Assembly: GCA_046563655.1 (NCBI GenBank)
Contig: CM102286.1
Location: 2,914,001-2,978,000, forward strand
Length of the DNA stretch: 64,000 bases
From: Yuukianura sp. NJ FZ-2021
Lineage: Eukaryota
Direction of reading: 5' to 3'
The notes beneath the pieces were generated by a model. The model was not told where the DNA came from and ran no database searches. It saw only the letters and a list, made by a program, of their open reading frames with translations. Below, piece by piece: positions 25,301-37,300 of the stretch; positions within the stretch are counted from its first letter, which is position 1; every line of letters begins with the position of its first letter. Position numbers and translations under genes: made by a program.

Positions 25301-28300
25301 GTCGCCCATAGAGTGAAATGTGGTGGACAGAATGGGAATGTTGGACTCTGATTAGCTAAAGATAAATCCAATGGCTTTTGTAGCCCTTTAGAAGAGGTTT
25401 CTAGCTTTTTCCTTGTTATGGTAACAAAAGGAGAACAATGCCCAACTACGTTTTGTGCTACTAAGGAATTGCCACTAACTCACGTTTTACAATGAAAACA
25501 ACAAAAGTAAAATTCTTCACAGTTTTCTTTTTCCTGTAGCAATTACTGCCTCAAATTGCCATTCTGAACAAATTTTAGAAACGGTTTGCTAATTTGACAA
25601 CTTTACAATAATGAATGCGACTAGCGGAGAAAGCTAAAAGCCTACTCTTAGTCTACTCTAACCTACAGCTAAAACTATTTTCAAGCGTTGCAACCCAGCC
25701 TTTCCTCAATAGCGGAGTATGTAAAATAAAACTCATAGTTAATGCAAAAAAAAAACCCTTTTCCTTCATTTATTTTTCCTTTTTCTTGAAAATTTTAAAG
25801 AGAAAGGGCGGTAATTTTGAAATTTTAGTTTTGCTTTTACCCGTCTGTTGTCATTTCTCTCGCTCTTACTTTTTCCTTCTTAAACGTAACGCAGGTTGTG
25901 TTATGAACTTCTTACACTTTTCCCGCATTCTGTTTGTATGTTTTCCAACTTGAGAGAGTGAAAGTAAGATTTCTCGGGCAGAGGAAGGGAGGGAGGTCCT
26001 TGTTCCTTGAGCTTATGAAATCCTGCTGAATAATGCATGAGCCCTTCAAGCCGTCTCAGCATCCCTTCATCCCTTTAACTTCGTGTGCCAAGTCCATTCT
26101 GCCGTCCTTCAGAACAGCACACAGTTCCTGTGTGGCGGCGGAAATTTCTTGTCAGTCAAAGGGTTCTACCGGAGCCTTATTTTCAGTTCTTCTCTCCAGA
26201 GACTTGGACGGAAGGAAGTGAAAGTCCTGTGTTCCCTATTATTCATTGCTCGAGGGAATGAAGGAAGGAGATGAGAAGGCAATAATAACCTACCATAAAT
26301 AATTCCTACCTCTTCCAACTTAACTTTTCCCGCCTAATAGGCTCCAATTCAAATAGACTTCATTTCCCAGTAGAGCGCGTCCATCTACCATGCAAAGCCT
26401 ATTGCCCAACTCACTTTCAATTTTAATCCCTCCACTTTCGAGAAGTTCAGATTCCAATTTGTGGTCATGGGAACCACAGACTATGGTAGGTTAGTTATAG
26501 ACTATGTGTGATAGAAAATAGGCATTTGTTCATTGGAGCTTGAGCAGATAGAATGGTCTAATGGTCAATTTGGGTAATGCGCCTGTCCAGAACTTAAGGA
26601 TGGAAAGCTTATTGTTTAACAAGGGAAAGTACTATAATTTAAGACAGGAAGATGCCCGGCTCTGATGGCGGGCAAGCGGAAGAGTGCTGTACTATAATTT
26701 GACGCGCCGAACTTTGAACTAGTGGAAATGATGATGTCATGGAAACTACAAATCCGCACTTGTCTCGGTAACGCTTCCCTTCTGCTCCAATAAATCACCA
26801 AAACCTCAAAATGGAAAAGTGATAACAGAGAGCTGAAAAAAGCGCTGGAGCGGAACGTAACTGGGGCGATGACCGTTTGAAACCGTGAATTTTTGCTGGT
26901 CAAGAGTGCTTGCGAGAAGTGGGCCACTACTGTCTTTGGCCATTGACAACAAGACAAAAATGACAAATGCGAAACACGATCTGCATTTACTTGCATATTT
27001 TTCTTAACAGAAATTTTGTGAAAGTTTCGGAATTCTTATTAAAATCTATTTTACAAAAAACGTGGGAATGAAATACAAAAAATGTTGAATTTTTTTTAGA
27101 TTTTCAGATTTGAAAATTTTTTGAATTTTTTTCAGTAATCTGTTAGTATCTCTCAACGGTGACTGGTTTGGAGTAGCCGAGTCTCTACGGAAGCTGCTCG
27201 TGTCTTCCAATTCGATTGACCTTTTGCCACATGACCTCCTGCGTTCCTTCAGACGCTTATCATGGCTCGACCTTAGTCACAATTTTATAAAAAATTTAAG
27301 TACGGGTTCTTTACCGCCAAATCTTCAGGTGAGCCTTTTTAATGTATTGTATGAGTTATTTATTTCAATTTAAACTGTTTTCGTAATGAAATTTTTGAAT
27401 TATGTGGTCCAATTCTTGAATTGGGTCAAAGGTTCCGCTCTTTATTCCCCAGTTTTCTCCCTTTGTTCAATTTTTCTCTTTCTCTTTTCACAAAAAATGT
27501 CAACTTAATTTGCAAAACTTTTTTTCATTTTTTTTGGGCACAGACTGAGTCTCTGTGCCGCAAGCAAAATTTTTACTTTGGGAGAAAGTTAATTTGAATT
27601 CCATGGGAGAAAGGAGAGAGAAGAAGACGCGGGAGGATTTAAGTGAAATGACAAGTTGAAGACTTTCTCTTCCATGAATACTCAATTTTATAATTAAGCT
27701 TTCCCTTCCGTCCTCTAATTAATTCACAATCAACAGGAGGAAGTGAGAGCTTTTCCAAAATTAACTAATCTCTGCATTTACTTTTCAAAAAAATCTCAGA
27801 ACTTGAAATTTTTTAATGCTAATTTAGCAGAATCTGAGAATTTGTTGAGGATTTGAATTTGAGTTTATTTATTACTTTTTAAAAAATTTAAGAAAGTCTC
27901 ATCTGCTATAATTTAAATTTAATTGGGCTTCTAATTAAATCTATCGCTTTCACTTTACTACTCAACTTAACCAAAATTTAAATTGGAAAACTTTTTTATC
28001 ATTGCCGGAAATGAAAAAGAAAAGAAAATCCTCCAACTTTGCAAAGTCGGTATTTGATTCTCAGAGATTCTGAAATTTAATTTCCTTTCTCCTCTAAAAG
28101 ATTTTGTTCTTTTTCGTACTAGTTTAGATTTCGTTTTGATTTTGCGGGATAGTTTTACAATTTTGAGAATTTACCATTCCTCTTTTTGAAATTGCTCCAA
28201 TAGACGCTGAATTTGGTCCGAAATCGCTTGACGCATATTCCCTCTGCCGTCTTTCATCTCGAGTCCTTGACGTGGTTGTTCCTCAGCGGATGTGCCATTG

Positions 28301-31300
28301 AAACTGTTCCTGACGACTGGCCAGCTCCAATTCCAATGCAAATGAACCAATTGGATCTCTCTGAAAACTTTATTCAGGTATGCTCACATGACTGGAGGTA
28401 TTGGGTGGGGCTGTCAGTGTTCCGTTCGGTGAAACGGAACAGTCTCTGTTTCGGTTCTGTTCCGTTTTTGTTCCAGAAAAAATTTGGAACAGAATATATA
28501 TGTCCCGTTCCTGTTCCGCGAATGATGTTCCGTTTCTGTTCCTCGAAGGAAACGGAACGGAACGAAATAATGCAGCCGCATGGCTATCACTGTTCCGTTT
28601 CGAGTAACGGAACAGTCTGTTTCTGTTCTGTTCCGTTTCTGCTCCTCGTGGGAAACGGAACGGAACTGAACAATGCAGCCCAAGTATTTGGTGATTTGCA
28701 ATTTGAAAAACTATGATTTTGATTTTACAGGCGTGGCCCAAAGCTGCCTTTGGAGGTCAACTGATCGTGTTGGACTTGGGTCTTTCCAGAAACTATTTGA
28801 CCACATTACCCGCCACAGCCTTTGAGTCCATGAGCGTCTTCCGTCTGTCCCTAGGGTTCAATCGCCTTGTGACCCTTGACCCCTTGGCCTTCTCGTCCCT
28901 TGAATCCACTCTCAAGTACCTCAACCTTGAGAACAACCAATTCGACAGGGTTCCCTGGGAGGCTCTCCACAATCTCTCTGCCCTCCTTCACCTCTACATT
29001 GGCTCAAATCTTATTCAGGACCAAGGGCTAGTCCCTTCAACACTCAGCGACGGTAAATCCATAACAACAAATTTCAAACTACGTAAACTAAACCACAATT
29101 ACCGAATTTAGGTCAAATTTACAATCTCCTTTTTCCAAATCGTACGAAAGTCACGTTTTTGTTTGTGTAAGAACGTACCATTTTCACTTTTGGTATGACT
29201 TGTTTTTTAAGAAAATTTACGCTTAGATAAAAGTGATGACTGTGACATTTGAGTATCCGCAAAATTCTGGTGGAAATTGATACTCCTTTCCCGTCGTTAA
29301 TGATATCCGCCTGTCGCTGAACCAAAATAATTGTTGATTCTTTAAAAAGCAGCCTTTCTTTGTCAACGTTCTTTTGACCTCTTTGACCCACAGCGCCAAA
29401 GTTCAGATTGCGCAACGCAAAGATACGGCTCAACCAATCGGTTTTGCCTCAATCCCACTTTCTCCTAGTATCCTGCTTTCTAAATTTAAACTTCATCCAG
29501 AAGTATCCCAATTCTTTGGAATACCGAAAATTCAGGATTTCGCTCATCAAGTGAAAGCAATTTTGTATCTCCTCAACCAAATCCTATATAAAAAAAAACT
29601 TTTCCCCGAGTTTCGGAGACAAAGTTTAGATTAGGTTGAGGATGTCCTCAAAGCAGATGCAGGTTATTCTGAGGATGTCCTCAGAGCAGATGCTCACCTC
29701 TACCTTAATGTGATGGGGCTCTTCCTGAAAGGAAGTAGCAGAAGACTGAAGTGGGCCGTAAATCTTGTGAGGGAAGAAGTTCTAGAGAGCTCTACCGACG
29801 TCGTTCAGAAGTGAATGAAAGTGAAGGTGCAGGAAAGCGAAAGTGAAAGTGTGGCGGAAGGTAGCAATTAATTGTCTTCTAGGAAAACAAAGGCAGAGGG
29901 ACCTCCTCATTCCAGTGATGACTTAATGTCTAACCTCCTCTGTGTTCAAACGCCTCTAACTCAACTCCTACCAAGTCCCCTTCCATTTATTTCAAATTCT
30001 AAATTCCAAATTATTCTACATTTTCCAGTTGTTCTCAAATCTGGAGGAAGAAACTTTGGCTCCTCCATTCCCGCAGTGTCTTTGTTCTGAACAACTCTAG
30101 ATTAATTATTCTCTTAATTTCTAGGCTCAGAATGTAAATTGACGCATCTCGGCCTCAATGGAAATCAACTGAGTCGTCTTCCCCGACGGCTCCTCAACCA
30201 ATGTCCTCATTTGATCCACATAAATCTTGGCTATAATCAAATTACACACTTGGATGACTTGGCGCACTTCCGCGGAAGGAAACTCCACTCTCTCACTACT
30301 CTAATTCTACGGAACAATCCCATCAGAACTATTTCCTATTCTGGACATTCTGGAGGGGCTGCTGGACATGTCACTGGTCCAAATGTTGGTCATGTGACAG
30401 GAAGTCCTGGACAGAATGTGGCTCCCCCTGGGGCTAAGGAGGGAAAGCATCAGGAGGACTGGGGCAACCATCAGTTGAGTCCATTGTTGGATCCGACCAA
30501 ATCAAACAACCCGCCTGTGCCCAATGCTAATGAAATTAGAGAAGACAGTGCCGTGGTCCAGTCTTCAAGTATCTCAGCACTGCCACCATTGCCAAATGTG
30601 TTCCGAGTTGAAGTGGTTCCAAATTTGCGGGAACTGAGTTTGTCTTTTTGTCAATTGGCGGGAGAATTAGAGCCATGGCCACCACTCCCTCTGACGACAC
30701 TAGAAATTAGTATGGGACTCAAATCAGCCACTTCGCTTGGTCCAAGTACTTTTCAGGCATTGAAAAACTTGGAGTGGCTCGCCCTCGACCACAACTCACT
30801 CACATCAATCAGGTAAAACTAACAAAGTTAGGCCACAATTAATTACTTTTCAACAATGAATTACAATTAAGTTTGAAGTTACCACAAATTTTTGAGGCGA
30901 AAATGTTTATCCCTGATTTTCCTTTAGAGAGATTTTTTGAAATCGGATTTTTTTCTTGACTTTCTTCTTCAGATGCCCTTTTTTTCAAAAGCGTTCAACA
31001 TAATGATGCATTTTTTTCATTTCTATTGAAAAAACAGTTTTTCCTTTACATTTAACCATGCGCGTGCTTAAACTAAAGAAAAACCATGAAGTGCGAAAAA
31101 CAGCAAAGTGAGTGAGAGAGCGGCAAGAACCAAAAAACTTTTTTTTAAGTTTTTGAACAATCATTTCCTGTCTTCCAAGTTCCAACTTTCTCCTCTCCCG
31201 TTCTTTATGATCTTTTAAAAAAGTGTGAATTCCTATTTAGAACGGCATAAAACCACTCCATAAAACTCTGCTAAAACTCAATTCAACTTCAGCCAGACGT

Positions 31301-34300
31301 CGTTACTGTAGTAGAAGGAGCTCAGAAGAAATAACTTCCCGCTCTTTTTTGCTTTCTCCGTTCTCAATTTTTCTTAAGTTTAAAAAGTTTTTAAGAAAAG
31401 ACAAAGAAGCCAGCGGAAGTTAAACGGTTAAAACTAAAAAGTCTTAAAAATGGGCAGAAATGGACTTTCTTTTTTCTTAGAATAAGGAAGTCAAAAGGAG
31501 AGAAAGCGCGCTCTATGAAAAAGCGGAGCGGGAACGAAACCTGGAAGCGGGACTGGATTTTCGTTTTTTAAAGTAAAGGACAAAGTTTTAGTGTATTCCA
31601 AATTCTTTTTAATGTTTTATTCAACACTTCATCATAAAAGACACAAACTGAGACACAGAAAATGGGACGTCCGGAGTAAGTTTTTTTTTTGTGAGTAGAA
31701 AAATGATACGAAATAAAAATAACTTTTTCTGTCTTGGTCCTTGATAGAAAAGTTTTTCTTTCTCTCGAGTTTTTCACAAGTCCCCTTGAACTAGAAAAAG
31801 TACAGCGTGGTTCAAAATTTTACTTTTTCTTTTCTGGAAAGTTTATTTAACTAACATAACCCTAAAACGGCATAAGCAGATCGCTTGAATTTTTGAATCA
31901 TGCTGTACAAATCTAAAAGAAAAAGTGAAAGTTCTGGTTCCTTAACTTTGTCTTTTACCTGCGTCCTTAGGAGCGTGACAGTCCAAAGAATACAATGTAA
32001 ATGAATAGGAAAAAGACCAGGCTTTGAACCAAATTTTTTTCCGACTTTTACTTTCTTCTTTCCCGCGAAAACTAAAAAAAAGTAAAAACGAATTTGAAAC
32101 TGGCACTTTTTCACACATGTGCTCCCCTCTCCATGCTGTTTCTAGCAGTAGCTTATGGAGTCTAATCCAAGTTAAGTATGGAGATAAAAGGAAAGTAAAA
32201 TATGAGGGATAATAATAGTTATTATGCCGCTTCCCTAGAGTCAAATCACCATCTCCCGCCCTTAAGCTTTTACCCGCCCCACCAAAGGTGCGCGCCACCG
32301 AGACTAACAAAATACAAAAGTGAAAGTGGAAAACACGCATCACTTTAAGCACTCCTGCTCTTAACTTCTCTTATAATCTAATTTACTTTTCAGTTATTCT
32401 TGTAATTTTCATAAATTTTTTCCCGCATTTTTTTTAGTGACTACACGTTCTACTCCAACCGGAAGCTCAGTTACGTCAATCTCGAATGGAACCGCCTCAC
32501 TACCCTGCCCCCATTTCTATTCCACCCACAACTCCATCCCACCATGACCACTCTACGTCTTTCACATAACAAAATCAAGAGTTTTTCATCTGAGACGTTT
32601 GTGTCCTTCCCGGGAATCAGTCTGGACCTGAGCTATAACCAAATTAGAACAATTGACTCTTGGGCTTTCAGAGTTGGCCAAGGGCTCCCCCCTTCGCGAA
32701 GGGCCTCATCTGGCCATGTTCCCAGGACTGATGATGATGATTTGGGTGGTGGTGGGGTTGTCATGGGAACAAATGGCACTCTCCAGGTCTCTCCACTCCT
32801 CAATACCTTCTCGAGTGCTGGCATGAGTGGTAGTTCTGGAGGAATTCTGGATGAAAGTCCTGGACTGGCGCTGCATTTGGCTCATAACGGAATTCGGAAA
32901 GTTGGAATCAATGCCTTCGGCCTCGCAAAATTTTCACTCATTGATTTGAGTTTCAACAAACTGATGACGTTCAATTTTGATGCGATCAGCTCCAATGCTG
33001 TCGTGGGGACCCTTAACCTAAGTGCCAATGGACTCGAAAGTATTGAAGGGCCCAGAAGTAATGAAATCCGGACGCTGAAGGTCCTTGACCTTGGAAATAA
33101 CAAAATACAGAGCAAAGGCTTGCGTTTGGCTTCTTTATGTGTCACGGAGGTCATTGACCTCAGCCACAACCTGCTCGAGACTATTGACAAACATCACTTT
33201 CCCACAAATTGCTCATTTAAGGTTAGTCAAATTGTCAATTCTAAATTTTGCGAAATCAAAATTATGATACACTATAATTCAATTTTTGTCATTTTTCAAA
33301 CTGTGGGCGACAGATTGACAAAACAGAAAAAAGAAATATCAGAGTTCGGAATTTTTGGCGGTTTCTTTTTTCTGTTTTTTCTTTTGTGTCGCGTGATGTA
33401 TAGAATAAATTGAAATTCAGTCGTGCTTCTTTGAGCTTTGACTGGAACTTGGACTCTAGAAACCATAACCTTTGACCTCAATTGTACAAATCACAGTACA
33501 AAAGGCTTCGTGCTCCATGCTGTGCGTTTCTTTCTGAGTGACACTTTGTTGTTCAGGAAGACAACAAAATTAGTTTCAGTTCCAAGCTCCAGTGTCCCAC
33601 TCTGTTCTGTCAACAACAGAGGGCTGGAAAGAGACAAATGACTTTCCCCATGCTCTCGCTTTCTTCTGTAATGGATTTATCATTTATTTATTGTACTCAT
33701 CCAATCATTGACTTCATTTTCACCAAAAAACAACTACCTAGCACTTCAAAAATTCCCGCCACTTTTGAAACCTCTATTTTTCAAAACCCTTCTCACCTGC
33801 TTTCACTTTTCCAAGCTCAAATTGATATTAAATTATGTATTACCAGAATTGTTTCGCTTTGTCCAAAGAGAATTGTTTTTCTTTGCACGAAGTGCATTCC
33901 TCAAATTTGAAAAGTAGAGTGATACGCTTTTGAATTATTGCAAATGCTTGGAAAATTTTGAATCCCATTATATTTTGTGTTTTGGCGGGAAAATTTCACC
34001 TTTTGGAGTTTTCCGACATTCCATTGATTTGGAAAGTAAAAGTTGCAGAGACTGGGGAAAATGAAAGCGGAGTGGAAAGGCTTTTGTGCTTTTGTTGTTT
34101 TCTATTGTGTTTTCGTGTTTGTACTGAAAACTATGAAAAGGTGAAAAAGCTGCTGCTGGTTCTGATGCTGCGGAGGTTATTTAATCCCTTGGCTTTATTA
34201 ATTATTAATTTCAAAACCTTTTGTCTCACAGGAACTTAACCTCGAACGGAACTCAATTTCTAATTTGGATCCAACCAGCTTCACTTTGCTCAGAGATTTA

Positions 34301-37300
34301 ACGGTAAGTTGCTCCAAAACAATTTTTTTGGGAGAAAGTTAGAAACTTTTGTGTTTTGAGAAAGAAACTTTTTTTAATTGAAACTTTTATTAAACACAAA
34401 AGGCAATAGATAGTGTAAGAATTTTGTTTGTGAATGTTTTTGTTCAAATTTTGTTTAAAAAACTGTGTTGGAATTCTAGAATGTTGGAAAAGGAAAATTG
34501 GTATTGAATTATTGGGGTATCAGGTGGAAAGTGTTGTAGAGCACGGCCCATTTTCATTAGGTTAAAATCCGATTGGCATTAAAATTGCAGGAGATGGAGC
34601 CTCTTTGGAAATGGAGGGTGGAAGAAAAGTAATTAAAAATCGGGTGTTGGAAGTGCTTAAAAGTGTTGCTGCTACGCATAAATTTATAATAATTAAAAAA
34701 CCACATTGGAACGCTCGCAGTTTAAGTGGGAAAGGAAGTTTCACAAAAGTTTTTCTTGTTCAAAAATTTGAAATGCTTTTGTGTCTAACCACAGACACTT
34801 TGGATTGTACCCTGAAGCGCAATAAATAAAAATTTCGAATGTCAAATTTAGTCCAAATCGCCTGTAAATTCGAAAGAAAAGGAGATAGAATTGGAACAAA
34901 AATTCCTGCATAGAATTTTGTAACAAGCAACATTTTAGAATGCGACAAAAAAAATTGTGGGTTAAAAAGTGTGTTAGCCTAATTTCTTAAAAATATTTTT
35001 TTTCAGTATACTCTCCAAATTAGATTTTATTTTGATGCTTTCTTTTTTAAGAAAACAGAAAAGAAAAATTACTGCAAAAACTCTCGTTTCAAAAAAATCT
35101 CAAGTTGAAATGCTTGCGAAGCTTAATTTTCTCCCTCCTTCTTCTAATTTTTTTTTGGTGCACTTTCACCTCCTCCTATTCAACTTTTTTTTGAAGTAGA
35201 CAAGGTAGGGAGGCGTGTTTGTTGTAAATTAGTTTTTCTGAAATAGCGAAGCACTGGATATAATGGAGTGGAAGTTTCCTATTAATTTTAATCCAAGACG
35301 CAACGCATAAATTATGAAAGAAAATGGAGAAAGCGTCTTTTAATGAACAAATCCTTGTGAATTTTCCTGCTCCATAGTAGTTGGAAGTCGTGGTTTTGGG
35401 ACAAGTTTGCTTTCATGAAGTTACAAGTGGTGGGAAAATGAAACTTTTCAAATTTTCTAAATTTTTGCCAATGATGGGATCATTAGACACCAAAAAGGGA
35501 AAACATTGTGGTTGTTCTAAACTTTTTAACAACCAGACGGAGACCATTAATTTATTTCTCTAGTTTTAAAACAAAACAAACTTTCAAATGACAAAATTAT
35601 TTTGATTGTCAAACTTTCTCCTGTCGTGTTTTCCCAACATTTTTTTTAAATTTGAAAACAAACTATAGGCTTGTGCTGAAAATAGCAACCCATGGGTACA
35701 GAATGTGTGTTTTTTGAGTTAAGTGGAGAAAGGTAGAGGCATTATAGGGTGTGACTGTATAGGGAAGATGAGAATTCGACTGAAATGATTGCGTTTTCTG
35801 TTTGTTTTTGTGGGCAGGTGCTTCGACTAGGAAGAAATCAATTGAATCGTCTTCCAACCATCACTTTCATTCGGAATCCGAAATTGAAGTTCCTGGACTT
35901 ATCTTATAACAAACTGAGAACGATTCCTAGAGATGGACTGGTTGGGAGTGCCATTGAAATATTGAATCTTAGCTCAAACCAATTTGTAACCATCCCGGTT
36001 GGGGCGTTGTCACAGGTGAGGTCAAAGGTCAAGCCATTTTCAACACTAACATTAGCAATAACTTTAAAAAATGAAAAAACTAAAATTTTCTCCAAGTTTG
36101 CCATCTATGAGTTTTACAAGAAACCTAATTTTAAAAAGTGCTGGAAACAAATTTCCAGAATTGACTCCAATTGCAGCCATTGCTGTTTCAAAATTTTGAA
36201 ATTTTTAGATTTCGCGGCGTCTAAAACGATTAGACTTGAGTTGCAACTGGATTGAGCACCTTGACAGCACCATGTTCGAATTTATTCCTGCCCTGGTTTC
36301 GTTGAATCTCTCCACAAATCGTCTCAGTTCCCTCCCAGACTCAGCTTTTGCCAATCTCGCATCTCTTCGTGAACTCGACCTCTCTTACAACTTTCTCCGA
36401 GCAAACTTTAAGGTAAGACTTTCAGAAAAACCCTAACCTTAAACTTAAAAACTTGCAACAAACCTATTATTTTACATTTGGGAGAATGGAAGAAAAATTA
36501 CTTTCCATCTCCAGTCCAATTACAATTTTAGCACCACATCTTCCGAGTCGTACTTGGAAGTCATTTACGTTTCGTATACAAGCGTCTACTTTTTTCCCGC
36601 CAAAACAGTCTCCCTCGTGGAGACTAAAACCCTAACAACTTTCCTCGGAAGAGAGAAGCCAAAGGAGGAGAGAAAGATTAGTTTCGAGAAAGTAGAACAA
36701 TAAAGGATACAAAACAAATCATAGGCTTCTTTTCCCGCCAAAAAGAACTTTATCTCGATTTACACTCGGAGGTAAGTTTACTATAGGCGAAACTCATGCT
36801 AAAGTGAAGCAATCCTACCGTGGATACTATGCAGTTTGAGCTTTGCTTGGAAATAAAGAAACAGAACCAACTTTCTAGGGAAAACTTCTGGTGAAAAACT
36901 AATGTTTGGGAGAGTGATTCCGCGCTGTGCTTCATGTATTATGTTTTCTCTGGTTTGTAAATTGATGTTTCCAAATGAAGAAAACCAACTTTCTCTTTCC
37001 TTAGTTAATAATGTACGATTAGGAATTTGGAGTTTCAAAATTACCTCTCACTCTCTCCAAAGTTTTGGATTTTGTGGATCCTTTAAGAAAACCTAGACCT
37101 TAAGCTAGTACAAAAGGCTATAACAGTAGTAGTGTCTAGTTAGCCTAACACCAAAGTAGTTTCTAGTTCTTGGCTGCTCTAATCAGAATTGATGACGAGG
37201 GGAAAGTTCATTAGACCTTGGAGAAAAGTACTTTCTCCGTCAGTGACTGACTGACTGACACGACGGACAAGAGAGGTGGTGGGCTGGACGTGTGTCAGGC

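Noticed and set aside
28370..28741. Overlapping ORFs rich in RN/TE/FCSVP repeats
   Set aside because: They are translations of the GTTCC/GGAAC MITE inside an intron
29637..29693. Two-copy repeat tgaggatgtcctca.agcagatgc
   Set aside because: Simple local duplication in an intron with no other support
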